NCBI GenBank assembly: GCA_045588675.1
Contig: JAZNER010000046.1
Span: 108,550 to 172,549, forward strand
Length of the DNA: 64,000 nucleotides
Direction of reading: 5' to 3'
Origin: Eubacteriales bacterium
Lineage (GTDB): Bacteria > Bacillota > Clostridia > Oscillospirales > CAG-272
Shown: positions 46,826 through 57,269 of the stretch, piece by piece
Position numbering within the stretch: the first letter of the stretch is position 1
Layout of the letters: the number at the start of each line of letters is the position of its first letter
Program-made: the position numbers and the translations under genes
Notes under the pieces: generated by a model
The model's input: the letters and a program-made list of their open reading frames with translations, nothing else
Databases searched by the model: none
Told to the model about the DNA's origin: nothing

Positions 46826-47723
46826 TTTTGGTTTTCCCCTTCGATTTTCTCATTTTTGTCTTTTGGTCACATTCAAGACCAAGCACACGGTCTGCCACCT
46901 TTGGCATTCCTCTGTAAATAATATTTTTAATTATCTCTTCAATATCGCCCATTCCGTCAAAGTCAATCAAGTCAAATGCGGGCTCGGCAGACAAAAGCTC
47001 CAAGCGTAGCGAGCTTGAAATGTCATTTCTTTGCGCCTCTGTTAAGGGCTCGTTGTTATATAAATAAATAAATGGATTATATCGGTCACGCTTCATGTCT
47101 TCTTCAAGGTCGTCTGTCGCGTCAAGTATATAAATCCAACGACCTATATGCCTGCCGATATTCCTTGCAATTTTTTCTTCTGCTCCCGATAGACCGAATG
47201 ACAATATTTGCGACATAATCTCGCCAAAGCTCTCGGCGGGCGTGTCAACAGATTGCATTTTAAGCTTCTCAATTTTGGAGAGCTCCATAAGTCCTTTTGA
47301 AATGTGAGCATCAAGCTCTGAGTAGCTTATCAATGCCTTTTTTCGCATAGCCTTCAGGTATGGCTTGACCGCTTGAGCCTTTAAACGCTTAACTCCCTTT
47401 TCATCATTGATGTCGTCGAGGCATTTACCGTATGCAAGTAAGGCATATGCATAAGCGCAATAAGCAAGCTGAGGACAAAAATCAACATAAGCCCGTTTTT
47501 TAAGTGGGTGCGCGATACATCTGCCGCGCTTGATTTGAATTTTTGACTTATCAAGTGCGATACGGACAAGAGCTAAAAAAACAACATCATAGCTTAGTGT
47601 CATTCGTGAGCATTGACCTGTGCATTTGCCCTGAGCGCGACAAAGACCGCAATAAACGGCGCGGTAAAACTCATTTTCCCTTACGCGCAACTCGGGTGTA
47701 TCAGGACGAATATAACCAAACAT
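46818..47723 (-). CDS. DUF5685-like protein
   Basis: [20 protein letters not shown]-terminus. ATG at 47723 after an aaggagag RBS. Its stop overlaps the J-protein start by 8 nt. Confidence 0.6.
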   Translation of the reverse strand: MFGYIRPDTPELRVRENEFYRAVYCGLCRAQGKCTGQCSRMTLSYDVVFLALVRIALDKSKIQIKRGRCIAHPLKKRAYVDFCPQLAYCAYAYALLAYGKCLDDINDEKGVKRLKAQAVKPYLKAMRKKALISYSELDAHISKGLMELSKIEKLKMQSVDTPAESFGEIMSQILSFGLSGAEEKIARNIGRHIGRWIYILDATDDLEEDMKRDRYNPFIYLYNNEPLTEAQRNDISSSLRLELLSAEPAFDLIDFDGMGDIEEIIKNIIYRGMPKVADRVLGLECDQKTKMRKSKGKTKNG

Positions 47724-47954
47724 AGCTCTCCTTTCCGTGATTTGCACTTAAACATAAATATACAGTATAATAATACATCACAATGGAAAACTTTGCAAGT
47801 ATTTTTTGTAAACAATTATCATTTTTCGCCTTGACTTAATATAATTTAACATTCTATATATATTTTTTGTAAATTTTTCTATTTTCCACTTGAAAAAGAA
47901 TATAAAATCGGTTATACTATACCTTGGAAAAAATTTTTGGAGGATTAATATAAA

Positions 47955-49619
47955 ATGGCTCTTAAATTAAACAAATCACCTCGTTTTGACGGTGTTAAAG
48001 GCCCTGTATTGACAATTGTCATGGACGGTGTCGGTATTGCACCTGATACGATTTCAAACGCGGTTTCAGGCGCTTATACGCCTAATCTCGATATGCTTAT
48101 GGCAAGCTATCCTATGGTTTCTCTTAAAGCCCACGGAACTGCGGTAGGACTTCCCTCTGATGACGATATGGGTAACAGTGAGGTTGGCCATAACGCTCTC
48201 GGTGCAGGACAGGTTTTTGCACAGGGTGCAAAGCTCGTGTCAAACTCGATTGAAAGCGGAAAGATGTTTGCTTCAGATACATGGCGTGAGGTAATTTCCA
48301 ATGTTCTTCAGAACAAGTCAACACTTCACTTCCTCGGCCTTTTCTCTGACGGAAACGTTCATTCTCACATTGACCACCTGAAGGCTATGCTTGTACAGGC
48401 GAAGAAAGAGGGCGTCGCTAATATCCGCGTTCACATTCTTATTGACGGACGCGACGTCGGTGAAACAAGCGCACTTGAATATATCAATCCCTTTGAAGAA
48501 TTTATTGCTTCCCTCTCTGACGCAAATTGCAGCATCAAGATTGCAAGCGGTGGCGGAAGAATGAAAATTACAATGGATAGATACGAGGCTGACTGGTCTA
48601 TGGTTGAGCTTGGTTGGAAAACACACGTGCTTGGTGAGGGCCGTCAATTTGCATCCGCGCGCGAGGCTGTTGAAGCATATCGTGCTGAATACAAGGTTAT
48701 TGACCAGGATCTGCCCCCATTTGTAATTGCCGAGAATGGCAAGCCTGTTGGAACTGTTAACGATGGCGATAGCGTTGTGTTCTTTAATTTCAGAGGCGAC
48801 CGCTCTATTGAGATTTCTAAAACCTTTGATGCAAAGAGTGGTGAATTTGATAAATTTGACCGTGTTCGCGTACCCGATGTTGTTTATGCAGGTATGCTTG
48901 AATATGACGGTGACCTTCATATTCCTCACAAATATCTTGTAAATCCACCCGAAATTACCGAAACTATGGGAGAGTACCTTGCAAACAGCGGTGTTTCACA
49001 ATATGCAATATCCGAAACACAGAAATACGGTCACGTAACATATTTCTGGAACGGAAACAAATCAGGCAAGTTCTCCGAAGAGCTTGAAACCTATGTTGAG
49101 GTTCCCTCTGATGTAGTTCCCTTTGAACAGCGCCCCTGGATGAAGTGCGCAGAAATCACAGATAAGCTCATTGAAGCTCTTGAATCGGACAAGTACACAT
49201 ATCTGCGCGTGAACTTCCCCAATGGTGATATGGTAGGTCACACAGGTAGCCTTGCAGCTACAAGATGCTCTATGGAAGCACTTGATTTGCAGCTTGGCAG
49301 AATTCTTTCGGTAGTTGACAAAATGGGCGGCGTTGCGCTCATTACTGCCGACCACGGAAACGCTGATGAGATGTATGAAATGGACAAGAAGACCGCTCAG
49401 CCTAAGGTGAGCAAGGACGGCAAGATGAAGTCCAAGACAAGCCATACATTAAACCCTGTTCCCTGCATTATTTATGACAATACAGAGGCAAAGGAGCATT
49501 ACACGGTTAAAGCTGACGAAGGACAGTTCGGTCTTTCAAGCGTTGCGGCAACTATGGTTAATCTTATGGGCTATGAAGCTCCTGAAAAATGGGATGAAGG
49601 TATAATCGAATTAAAGTAA
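47955..49619 (+). CDS. gpmI: 2,3-bisphosphoglycerate-independent phosphoglycerate mutase (long, about 550 aa type)
   Basis: MGNSEVGHNALGAG, TADHGNA. 554 aa. RBS ggagga. Confidence 0.85.
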   Translation: MALKLNKSPRFDGVKGPVLTIVMDGVGIAPDTISNAVSGAYTPNLDMLMASYPMVSLKAHGTAVGLPSDDDMGNSEVGHNALGAGQVFAQGAKLVSNSIESGKMFASDTWREVISNVLQNKSTLHFLGLFSDGNVHSHIDHLKAMLVQAKKEGVANIRVHILIDGRDVGETSALEYINPFEEFIASLSDANCSIKIASGGGRMKITMDRYEADWSMVELGWKTHVLGEGRQFASAREAVEAYRAEYKVIDQDLPPFVIAENGKPVGTVNDGDSVVFFNFRGDRSIEISKTFDAKSGEFDKFDRVRVPDVVYAGMLEYDGDLHIPHKYLVNPPEITETMGEYLANSGVSQYAISETQKYGHVTYFWNGNKSGKFSEELETYVEVPSDVVPFEQRPWMKCAEITDKLIEALESDKYTYLRVNFPNGDMVGHTGSLAATRCSMEALDLQLGRILSVVDKMGGVALITADHGNADEMYEMDKKTAQPKVSKDGKMKSKTSHTLNPVPCIIYDNTEAKEHYTVKADEGQFGLSSVAATMVNLMGYEAPEKWDEGIIELK

Positions 49620-49625
49620 TTTGTT

Positions 49626-49657
49626 TTGGGGTGTGAGCTTTTACACCCCAATTATTT
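49626..49657 (+). terminator. intrinsic terminator
   Basis: Stem ttggggtgt / acaccccaa. Confidence 0.75.
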
Positions 49658-49738
49658 ACTCCAAAATCCAGTTGACAAAGCATATAAAAAATAGTATAAT
49701 TATTATGTAAGATAAATTCTAAAATAGAGGAATATATA

Positions 49739-50962
49739 ATGAGTTTACATGTAATGGATGAGGCAAATCGCTGTCTTGGTTGTAAAAATCCCCAGTGCCA
49801 AAAGGGATGCCCGATTTCAACGCCAATCCCGACTATTATCAAGCTTCTGAAAGAAGGAAAATTGGACGAGGCAGGTAGAATGCTTTTCGAGAACAATCCT
49901 CTGACAACCGTGTGCAGTCTTATTTGTAATCACGAAAATCAATGCGAGGGGCATTGTGTACTTGGTAAAAAGGGTGACCCTGTTCACTTTTCTATGATTG
50001 AGAGCTATATCTCGTCAACATATGCCAATAAAATGGTAAAAGGACCTCAAAAATCCAACGGAAAAAGAGTTGCTATTATCGGCTCAGGCCCGGCAGGCAT
50101 AACTATTGCTATCATTCTCGCAAGATATGGTTATCAGGTAACTATATTTGAGGGCAAGGACCAAATCGGCGGAGTATTACGGTACGGTATTCCCGAATTC
50201 AGACTTCCTAAATCGGTTATTGATGATATTCAGTACAGGCATTTGGAGCTGAAGGGTATAAAAATCCGCCCGAACACCACAATAGGCAGGGCGATTGGTA
50301 TTGACGACTTGTTCCGTGACGGATATAAAGCGATTTTTATCGGTACGGGAGTTTGGCAGCCAAACACATTGCACATTAAAGGCGAAACGCTTGGTCATGT
50401 TCACTTTGGAATTAATTATCTTAACAATCCCAATAGCTATAAGCTCGGCAAGAAGGTTATCATTATCGGCGCAGGTAACGCTGCTATGGATGTGGCGCGA
50501 ACTGTGCTCAGAAAAGGAAGCGAGGAAATTCAATGCTTCTCAATTACGAAAAAGGTTGCCGCAAGCCAATATGAATACAGCTATGCAAAGCTTGAGGGTG
50601 TAAAATTCCTATACAATAAGCGCCCGATTGAAATATTGGACGAGGGTGTTATCTTCCGTGATGTGATTGAAAAAGAAGACGGTACATTTGAAGATATTGA
50701 AGGTACGGATACACTTTATGATGCGAACAGCGTAATTATTTCAATAAGTCAAGGACCTCAAAACACTATTGTAAGTACAACGACGGGACTTGAAGCGAAC
50801 AAGAGAGGTTTGCTTGTTGCTGATGAGAACGGACACACAACAAGAGAAGGCATATTTGCCTCAGGTGATGCCGTAAACGGTGCGAGAACAGTTGTTGAAG
50901 CCGTAGCGCACAGTAAAAAGGTAGCTGAGGCGATGCACGAATATATGCAAGGACTTGATTAA
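49739..50962 (+). CDS. GltD/NfnB-family NAD(P)H-dependent FAD/Fe-S oxidoreductase
   Basis: N-terminal Cys cluster CLGCKNPQCQKGCP and two dinucleotide folds (VAIIGSGPAG, VIIIGAGNAAMD). No partner subunit is adjacent. Confidence 0.8.
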   Translation: MSLHVMDEANRCLGCKNPQCQKGCPISTPIPTIIKLLKEGKLDEAGRMLFENNPLTTVCSLICNHENQCEGHCVLGKKGDPVHFSMIESYISSTYANKMVKGPQKSNGKRVAIIGSGPAGITIAIILARYGYQVTIFEGKDQIGGVLRYGIPEFRLPKSVIDDIQYRHLELKGIKIRPNTTIGRAIGIDDLFRDGYKAIFIGTGVWQPNTLHIKGETLGHVHFGINYLNNPNSYKLGKKVIIIGAGNAAMDVARTVLRKGSEEIQCFSITKKVAASQYEYSYAKLEGVKFLYNKRPIEILDEGVIFRDVIEKEDGTFEDIEGTDTLYDANSVIISISQGPQNTIVSTTTGLEANKRGLLVADENGHTTREGIFASGDAVNGARTVVEAVAHSKKVAEAMHEYMQGLD

Positions 50963-50978
50963 ACTGAAAAATGATTAT

Positions 50979-51022
50979 AAAAATCGGTATGCAACTTGGT
51001 TTGCATACCGATTTAGTTTTTT
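50979..51022. terminator. bidirectional intrinsic terminator
   Basis: Stem atcggtatgcaa / ttgcataccgat. Confidence 0.85.
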
Positions 51023-51029
51023 GTTAATA

Positions 51030-51641
51030 TTATTTACTTTCCCAGACCTTTTTACACCAAGTACGCTTATTGCACTCTGGGCATTTCAAATATCTTGTCG
51101 TGCCCATATGCATAGCATTTAATGCTTGTGTATATGTTGGTACAAATTTGTGCTTGCAATTTTTGCACTGATAGCTTCCTGTTTCTACCTCATAGCGCAA
51201 GGCAATAAAGCACGGAATTAGGAACAATACTGTTGCTGACAATATAACTGCTAACTGTAAAGGGCCTTCCGGTATAAATGCTCCCGCGATGAGACATGCA
51301 CCCAAAAGTCCTACAATGCTGATAATCATAATTGTCCACATTGCAACTCTCATTTTTTTGTTGTATATCTTCTCTTTTTCAGCCATTTGGAGCAAGAGCT
51401 CCTCGTTTTTCTTTTCGTAATTTTCCATACTTATTTTCTCTCCATTCAATAATTCATTTACATTTATGTCAAGATGATGGCATAAATCAAGCATAATTGA
51501 GGGGTCGGGCATTCCCTTACCTCTTTCCCATTTTGATACTGCTCTGTCGGTGATGTTCAATTTTTCAGCAAGCTGTGCCTGTGTCAGATTGTGCCCCTTG
51601 CGACATTCGGCTATAAATTGCCCGATTTTGATTTGGTTCAT
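51030..51641 (-). CDS. XRE-family HTH protein fused to TM helices and a C-terminal zinc ribbon
   Basis: IAECRKGHNLTQAQLAEKLNITDRAVSKWE, then 2 TM helices, then CKNCKH..CPECN. ATG at 51641 after an aaggag RBS. Confidence 0.75.
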   Translation of the reverse strand: MNQIKIGQFIAECRKGHNLTQAQLAEKLNITDRAVSKWERGKGMPDPSIMLDLCHHLDINVNELLNGEKISMENYEKKNEELLLQMAEKEKIYNKKMRVAMWTIMIISIVGLLGACLIAGAFIPEGPLQLAVILSATVLFLIPCFIALRYEVETGSYQCKNCKHKFVPTYTQALNAMHMGTTRYLKCPECNKRTWCKKVWESK

Positions 51642-51725
51642 AGTTTGCTTATCTCCTTCCAGTATCATTATAAAGTAATTATGCTTTAAAGTAAACACAC
51701 TAATCGTTGAGTTGAGAGAATTATA

Positions 51726-52259
51726 CTATTTTATGATTTCTTTTATAACCTTATATGTACCAAATTCTCCGTTTGGAGATGTGCCGATTACAAATTTGTT
51801 CGCTAATAATCTTTTGGGTATCCTGCAATCCTTAATTTCCTCATAGGCATCGGATACCTTATTCGAGTTATCATCCATAAACAAGGTTGTGTGAAATTTA
51901 TAATCAGTATCGTATTCGTGTAGCGGAATGTTATATTTTTCAAGCAGAAAATTGTTTAGCCTGTCGTGCAGACGGTATAAGCTTCGGTTTTTCAACATCA
52001 TAATCCATACTATTGTATTATGGTGCTCAATTTCCTTAACATCAATATAAAACGGTTCAATTTCAGAGTAAATATCAGATATGTCATTTACTATTTGTCC
52101 AAGATTGCAATCATCAATTTCAAAGGAAATCTTCAAGGATATATGATATGGCAGCGTGAAGTTTGACCTCTCAAAGCCTATTTTAGTTTCAATCGACTTG
52201 GCTTTTTCCTTTAATTCTTGAAATTGATTATCAACATCTATTCCTATCCAAATATACAT
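51726..52259 (-). CDS. 2H phosphoesterase / 2'-5' RNA ligase (LigT)-like protein
   Basis: Two H-x-[ST]-x motifs (PYHISL, KFHTTL) at the right spacing. 177 aa. Confidence 0.65.
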   Translation of the reverse strand: MYIWIGIDVDNQFQELKEKAKSIETKIGFERSNFTLPYHISLKISFEIDDCNLGQIVNDISDIYSEIEPFYIDVKEIEHHNTIVWIMMLKNRSLYRLHDRLNNFLLEKYNIPLHEYDTDYKFHTTLFMDDNSNKVSDAYEEIKDCRIPKRLLANKFVIGTSPNGEFGTYKVIKEIIK

Positions 52260-52325
52260 ATTACACCGTTTATTATATAAATTTTCTTAATTATATCACA
52301 AAACAGTAAGCAAAAAACAAAATCC

Positions 52326-53483
52326 TTACTTTGTCAAAGCTTCATTTTGAAACTTAATTTTACCGCCAATAATGGTTTTTTGAACATTAAAATTCTCGTC
52401 AAGAATAACAATATCTGCATCCTTACCGACCTCAAGTGAACCTTTCTTATCTGCAAGCCCGATTGCTGTTGCAGGATTTAAAGAAGCGCAGTTTACACAT
52501 TCGTGAAGAGGAATATTTGAATTTGTATAAGCGTTCCAAACTCCTTTGTTCAGGGGCAACACGCTACCGGCTATCGTTCCGTCTTCAAGACGGCATATGT
52601 TGCCATCATAAATAATCTTAGCACCGCCGAGAGTGTATTCGCCAATAGGAAGACCGCCCGCAGGCAAACAGTCGGTGATAAACACGAGCTTTCTGCCCTT
52701 CAGCTGATAAACCATATCGTAAAGGCTCGCACTAACATGCAGCTTATCAACGATAAGCTCGCAACTGACAGAACTGTTAAGCGCAGCTCCGACTACTCCG
52801 GGCTCTCGGTGTGTGAGAGGTGTCATCGCGTTAAATAAGTGTGTAGCGTGCGAAATTCCCGCCTCTACCCCTTCGATTGCGGTATTATATTTTGCAGATG
52901 TGTGTCCCATAGAAACAACTACATCAGTATCTCTTTTAATTTCTCTTATTGCATCAAAGCTTTCTGTATCTTCCTCGGGAGCGAGTGTGATTATCTTGAT
53001 TATATCTGAATATTCCTTGACAAATTCAGCATCGGGTTTGAGTATATACTTTTCGTCCTGTGCGCCTTTTTTAGAGGAAGAAATGTAGGGCCCCTCAGCG
53101 TGAACGCCAAGAATTGTCGCACCGTCCCAATCTTTGCTTTCCTCTTTCAGAGCGCGGCAAACATTCAAAGCACCGACTATAACTGACATATCAACAGTCA
53201 TTGTCGTTGGCAAATAACCTGTAACTCCATTTTGAAGCAAGCCCTTTGAGATAATTCTAATGCTCTCTTCATTCGCGTCACAAACATCCTTGCCAAGATA
53301 CCCGTGAATATGTAAATCTATAAATCCCGGTGATACATAACCGCCATTAGCATCAATAATCCTGCAATTATTAGGAATTTCGTCGGTAGGAACGATAGCC
53401 TCTATTTTATCACTGTAAATTAGTGACTTGCCCTCTATTATGCAGTTATCAAGTATTATTTTTCCATTTTTGATTGCATACAT
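52326..53483 (-). CDS. nagA: N-acetylglucosamine-6-phosphate deacetylase
   Basis: FIDLHIHG, HAEGPY, HATHLFNAM. 385 aa. Confidence 0.9.
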   Translation of the reverse strand: MYAIKNGKIILDNCIIEGKSLIYSDKIEAIVPTDEIPNNCRIIDANGGYVSPGFIDLHIHGYLGKDVCDANEESIRIISKGLLQNGVTGYLPTTMTVDMSVIVGALNVCRALKEESKDWDGATILGVHAEGPYISSSKKGAQDEKYILKPDAEFVKEYSDIIKIITLAPEEDTESFDAIREIKRDTDVVVSMGHTSAKYNTAIEGVEAGISHATHLFNAMTPLTHREPGVVGAALNSSVSCELIVDKLHVSASLYDMVYQLKGRKLVFITDCLPAGGLPIGEYTLGGAKIIYDGNICRLEDGTIAGSVLPLNKGVWNAYTNSNIPLHECVNCASLNPATAIGLADKKGSLEVGKDADIVILDENFNVQKTIIGGKIKFQNEALTK

Positions 53484-53674
53484 AAGATATCTCCTAATTA
53501 GCTATTTATAAGAATTATTTGCAAAGCGAAAGGTCTTTGATGAGAGAGAATTAACCCATAAAAAGAAGTCCGTGTTTATGAGGTAATTATAGCACAAAAG
53601 TCAATTATTGTCAAGGATTTGTCGCTCCAACATTTAATGCCTATATCCCAACAAAACGAAAACTTCACAGTTGA

Positions 53675-54346
53675 TTACCATATATAAGGTATCAGACGAT
53701 ATTTTACTTTTTGCATGTATTCACTATAGCCTACAAGCTTCTTTTCAAGAAACTTCTCTTCACTCTTAATCCTTTTTGCAATTATAAAAGGATATGCAAG
53801 GAAAATAATAAATGAATAAATAGAGCCCAACACAATCGGCATTGACAAAAACAAAAGCAAGGTAGCACTGTACATTGGGTGTCTGACAATTCCATACAAG
53901 CCTGTGTCAATGACCTTTTGATTTTCCTGTACCTCTATAGTACGGCTTAGATATGTATTTTCCCTAAGCACTTCTGCATAAAGGAGATATGCTATCAAAA
54001 ATACTGCCACAGCCCCAAACACAACACCTTTTGGCAGTAAATACCAATCAAACCTAAAGCCAAGTCCTGCTACGATGAAACCGCATAAAAACATAAGACC
54101 GCTTAATTTAACAACTATGCTTTGTTCTTTCAGTTTTTCCTTTGCATCAAGTCGCTTTTTTAGCAAATCGGGATTTTTGAGCATCATAACAATTCCTGCG
54201 AAGAAAATCGGCACAAAGAGGACACCCATAAAAAGCCAACCGTTAAAGAACATAAAACTGCCGGCAGGAAGAAATATCAAAGCTCCCACTAAAACGACGC
54301 CTAATAAAAATTTTGCTATCGCTTGAAAAAACAATTTAACTGTCAT
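53675..54346 (-). CDS. isoprenylcysteine carboxyl methyltransferase (ICMT)-family membrane methyltransferase
   Basis: GLYGIVRHPMYSATLL motif, multi-TM. Confidence 0.75.
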   Translation of the reverse strand: MTVKLFFQAIAKFLLGVVLVGALIFLPAGSFMFFNGWLFMGVLFVPIFFAGIVMMLKNPDLLKKRLDAKEKLKEQSIVVKLSGLMFLCGFIVAGLGFRFDWYLLPKGVVFGAVAVFLIAYLLYAEVLRENTYLSRTIEVQENQKVIDTGLYGIVRHPMYSATLLLFLSMPIVLGSIYSFIIFLAYPFIIAKRIKSEEKFLEKKLVGYSEYMQKVKYRLIPYIW

Positions 54347-54417
54347 AATAATACTCCTATAATTTCAAGTTCTTTAAGAGAGAATTTTAAAGAGCACTCA
54401 TACGCACTAAATTTATT

Positions 54418-54867
54418 CTATCCTCGCCAATCATAAAAATCTTTCTTTGAATATTTATGATTTTCTTTTTTTATTTTTTGGCATTTCGCAACCTGTACAA
54501 TTAGAAAAGGCCCATCTATTAAGCTAATCAACACAAAGGGCCCCCACCCTATCATAAAACATAAAACAATAAATCTTTCCATAGGGAGAAACAAAGATAA
54601 AATCAACATAAGAATTGGCGCCATCAAAGAAGATAGTTGAATATAATGACAAAGACTAATCAACCAATGGATGCTCCCTTGAGTGTCAATCTTAAAAAGG
54701 CTTCTAACAATTCTCACGATTTTTCTTTGATTAACATAACTGCGGGGGAATTTTTCTCTCAACGGCCAATAAAAACTCTTTATGCATTTTTCATGATGTC
54801 TAATAACTACGCCAGAAAGAAAAAACATAACAAAAGATCCAATTATACCTCCCCACATCAACAGCAT
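54418..54867 (-). CDS. membrane protein, unknown function
   Basis: 149 aa, about 4 TM. RBS ggagg. Confidence 0.6.
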   Translation of the reverse strand: MLLMWGGIIGSFVMFFLSGVVIRHHEKCIKSFYWPLREKFPRSYVNQRKIVRIVRSLFKIDTQGSIHWLISLCHYIQLSSLMAPILMLILSLFLPMERFIVLCFMIGWGPFVLISLIDGPFLIVQVAKCQKIKKENHKYSKKDFYDWRG

Positions 54868-54949
54868 ATATAATACCTCCTTATAAATTACCTATACTGA
54901 TATTATTTTTTGGAAAATTATTACCCTATTGTCTAAATAGTATAACATA

Positions 54950-55056
54950 TTTTTACATGTTTTGCAATATTCTTTCAATAATTATAGACTTTAGGCATTC
55001 TAAAAACACCCACTCCCGAAGGAGTGGGTGAAACTTTACTTCTAAAAATTTAGAAT
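54950..55056 (-). repeat. terminator-promoter module, copy 1
   Basis: Hairpin cacccactcc-cgaa-ggagtgggtg (55007-55030) with the shared tail aaactttacttctaaaaatttagaat. Minus-strand promoter ttgaaa(54978-54973)-17-taaaaa(54955-54950). Confidence 0.8.
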
Positions 55057-55126
55057 AATGTCATTAGAATTTTACAGATACTTAATTAAAAAAATGTTAT
55101 TTACAACCAAACATTCAATAAACATA

Positions 55127-55597
55127 TTAAATATCAAAACCTATTCTCATATCGTTCTCACTTGTTATAATTTCTATATTTTCATAGCAATTAGTTTTGC
55201 AATTAGTTAAAACAGTTTTAATTATATTTTCATCCTTTGCATAGAAATCAGCATAACTGTCTGCACACAAAAGAACAAACTCACAAGAACTTTTTATAAA
55301 TGTATCATAATCTTTAATATTTTCAATATCTAATCCCTCTCCAATGGGTACAGCAAAAATTCTAATATGTATAATATAGTACTCTTTACTTTTAATTATT
55401 TTTTCAAATTGTGTCCCCGTATATATTCCATTTTTAAAAAAATTTGCATCCGCTTGTTCCGTTTGCTCATTAAAATAGAGAGTCTCGTTATCAGTTAAAT
55501 AAAACATATATTGAGATAAATCAATACCTTTGAAAAGATTATGCAAATGTGGCTTGTAGTCTGTTGAAAATAAAAATGAAATTCCTCTTGTTTTCAT
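55127..55597 (-). CDS. hypothetical cytoplasmic protein (156 aa)
   Basis: RBS ggagg. No recognisable motif. Confidence 0.6.
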   Translation of the reverse strand: MKTRGISFLFSTDYKPHLHNLFKGIDLSQYMFYLTDNETLYFNEQTEQADANFFKNGIYTGTQFEKIIKSKEYYIIHIRIFAVPIGEGLDIENIKDYDTFIKSSCEFVLLCADSYADFYAKDENIIKTVLTNCKTNCYENIEIITSENDMRIGFDI

Positions 55598-55645
55598 ACA
55601 ACCTCCAGATTTTTTATTAAAAATATTACAATTGAGTAGGAATAA

Positions 55646-56080
55646 TCATTCGCTAAATTCTTTCAAATAATTTTTTATACACGACAAAACTTCATCAGAT
55701 GGAGCAAATTTTTCTGCATTGTTGTAATAAAAGTCATAATAATCATTTTGACCTATATGTTTATACTCCTTGCACAACAGCATAGCAGATACAGATTTAA
55801 AAAGATGATAAGGTGTACTATAAATTAAATATAATTTTTCGATTCTTTCCGCAGAATCCAATTTATCCATCTGAGAAATATAATTAATAATTTGTACTAA
55901 TACGGAAGAGTCAATGCTATTAAAAGTATCTTTTGGCTTTTCACCGTGATTTAGAAAATCAAATAATTGGTTAAACAAAGACACACTAAAATAATAATTC
56001 TTCTCATAACAAGTAGTATCTCTCGGCAACATATTATATTGCTCATTAAATGCTGTAATCTTTCCACTCATTCCAATCAA
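55646..56080 (-). CDS. hypothetical protein (about 141-144 aa)
   Basis: Start is TTG 56080 or ATG 56071. No recognisable motif. Confidence 0.55.
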   Translation of the reverse strand: MIGMSGKITAFNEQYNMLPRDTTCYEKNYYFSVSLFNQLFDFLNHGEKPKDTFNSIDSSVLVQIINYISQMDKLDSAERIEKLYLIYSTPYHLFKSVSAMLLCKEYKHIGQNDYYDFYYNNAEKFAPSDEVLSCIKNYLKEFSE

Positions 56081-56095
56081 AAGCAGTCTTTCATA

Positions 56096-56383
56096 TTAAA
56101 GCCAAATGCTCTTTTTATATTTTGATATGCATTTATCCAAATATGTTTCGCAATCTTGAAATCTATTAGATGATAAATATTGAATTATTCTTTTTTTAAT
56201 ATTTATGTTTCTTTCTCGCACATACCAATAATTAATACTTATAGTTAAAATAGTAGTGCTTAAAATGCTAATTGTTCTTGCCCAAAAAATATCTATTCCT
56301 GTTGGAAGGATAATTTGTGCATGAATAATTAAAATTAAGTAACCGATCAATATCAATAAAAATTTTTCAAGTTTTGAATTCAT
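56096..56383 (-). CDS. small membrane protein (about 95 aa, 2 TM)
   Basis: ATG at 56383 after an aaggag RBS; the ORF-track start at 56431 lacks one. Confidence 0.55.
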   Translation of the reverse strand: MNSKLEKFLLILIGYLILIIHAQIILPTGIDIFWARTISILSTTILTISINYWYVRERNINIKKRIIQYLSSNRFQDCETYLDKCISKYKKSIWL

Positions 56384-56493
56384 AAATATCTCCTTATGAT
56401 GAAATTTAAACACTGGAACTTTTATGCGCACACTGCAACCGTTCTTATAAGACCATTGGAGAATGTAAATAACTATAAAAATAGTTTGGCATA

Positions 56494-56575
56494 TTTTTAC
56501 AATCTTTTCAAAATATTTTTCAAAGACCCACTCCCAAAGGAGTGGGTGAAACTTTACTTCTAAAAATTTTAGAAT
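56494..56575 (-). repeat. terminator-promoter module, copy 2
   Basis: Hairpin acccactcc-caaa-ggagtgggt (56526-56547) plus an identical tail. Minus-strand promoter ttgaaa(56523-56518)-18-taaaaa(56499-56494). Confidence 0.8.
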
Positions 56576-56586
56576 TGTATATTTTG

Positions 56587-57153
56587 CTATGTTCGTGTTA
56601 CATCAGCGTAATTGTATTTGCAATACCAATTATCATCAATCTTTTTGACATTACCACGTTGACCTATATAAGTTAAAAAACGAGATAGAGGATCAGATTC
56701 CATTTCGGTATAATATATAACTACATCTATATTCACACCCAATAAAACAAAATAAACAGAATCAAAACATTTACCGATTTCGTAGAATCCTTGTTCTTTT
56801 AAAAAATCGCAGAAAAAATTATAATCCTCTGAAGAATAAAACTTTTTCATTTGAGAGAATTCATAGTAAATCATAGCAGGTTCTTCATGTGTTGTTGTCC
56901 ATAAATAATCAAACAGTTCAGATTTTGCTAATAAAAAAACCGCTTGTTGAAATTCTTCTTTGTTTTCATAAAAGTTTTTTTCTATTTCTTCATAGTTTTC
57001 ATATATTTTTAGGGGAAATTCATTTGATTTATTAAACACACAACCCGTAGTGCATATATGACAAATAAAAGAAATGGCAACTACAAATGCCATAAGCCTT
57101 GAATTACGGGAAAGTGCGGTTAATTCCCGGCGTTGCTTCTGTATAGTCTTCAT
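56587..57153 (-). CDS. hypothetical protein with N-terminal hydrophobic/lipoprotein-like segment
   Basis: 188 aa. FVVAISFICHICTTGC looks like a signal peptide plus lipobox. Confidence 0.6.
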   Translation of the reverse strand: MKTIQKQRRELTALSRNSRLMAFVVAISFICHICTTGCVFNKSNEFPLKIYENYEEIEKNFYENKEEFQQAVFLLAKSELFDYLWTTTHEEPAMIYYEFSQMKKFYSSEDYNFFCDFLKEQGFYEIGKCFDSVYFVLLGVNIDVVIYYTEMESDPLSRFLTYIGQRGNVKKIDDNWYCKYNYADVTRT

Positions 57154-57269
57154 AAAACCAATTAATTCCCTTCTGAATTGTATAATGTTTATCTTACTTC
57201 ATAATATAATCTCAGGAGCTAAAGCTACAACTACTATAGTTGTTACATTGCTCATCATAAGTATAGCAC

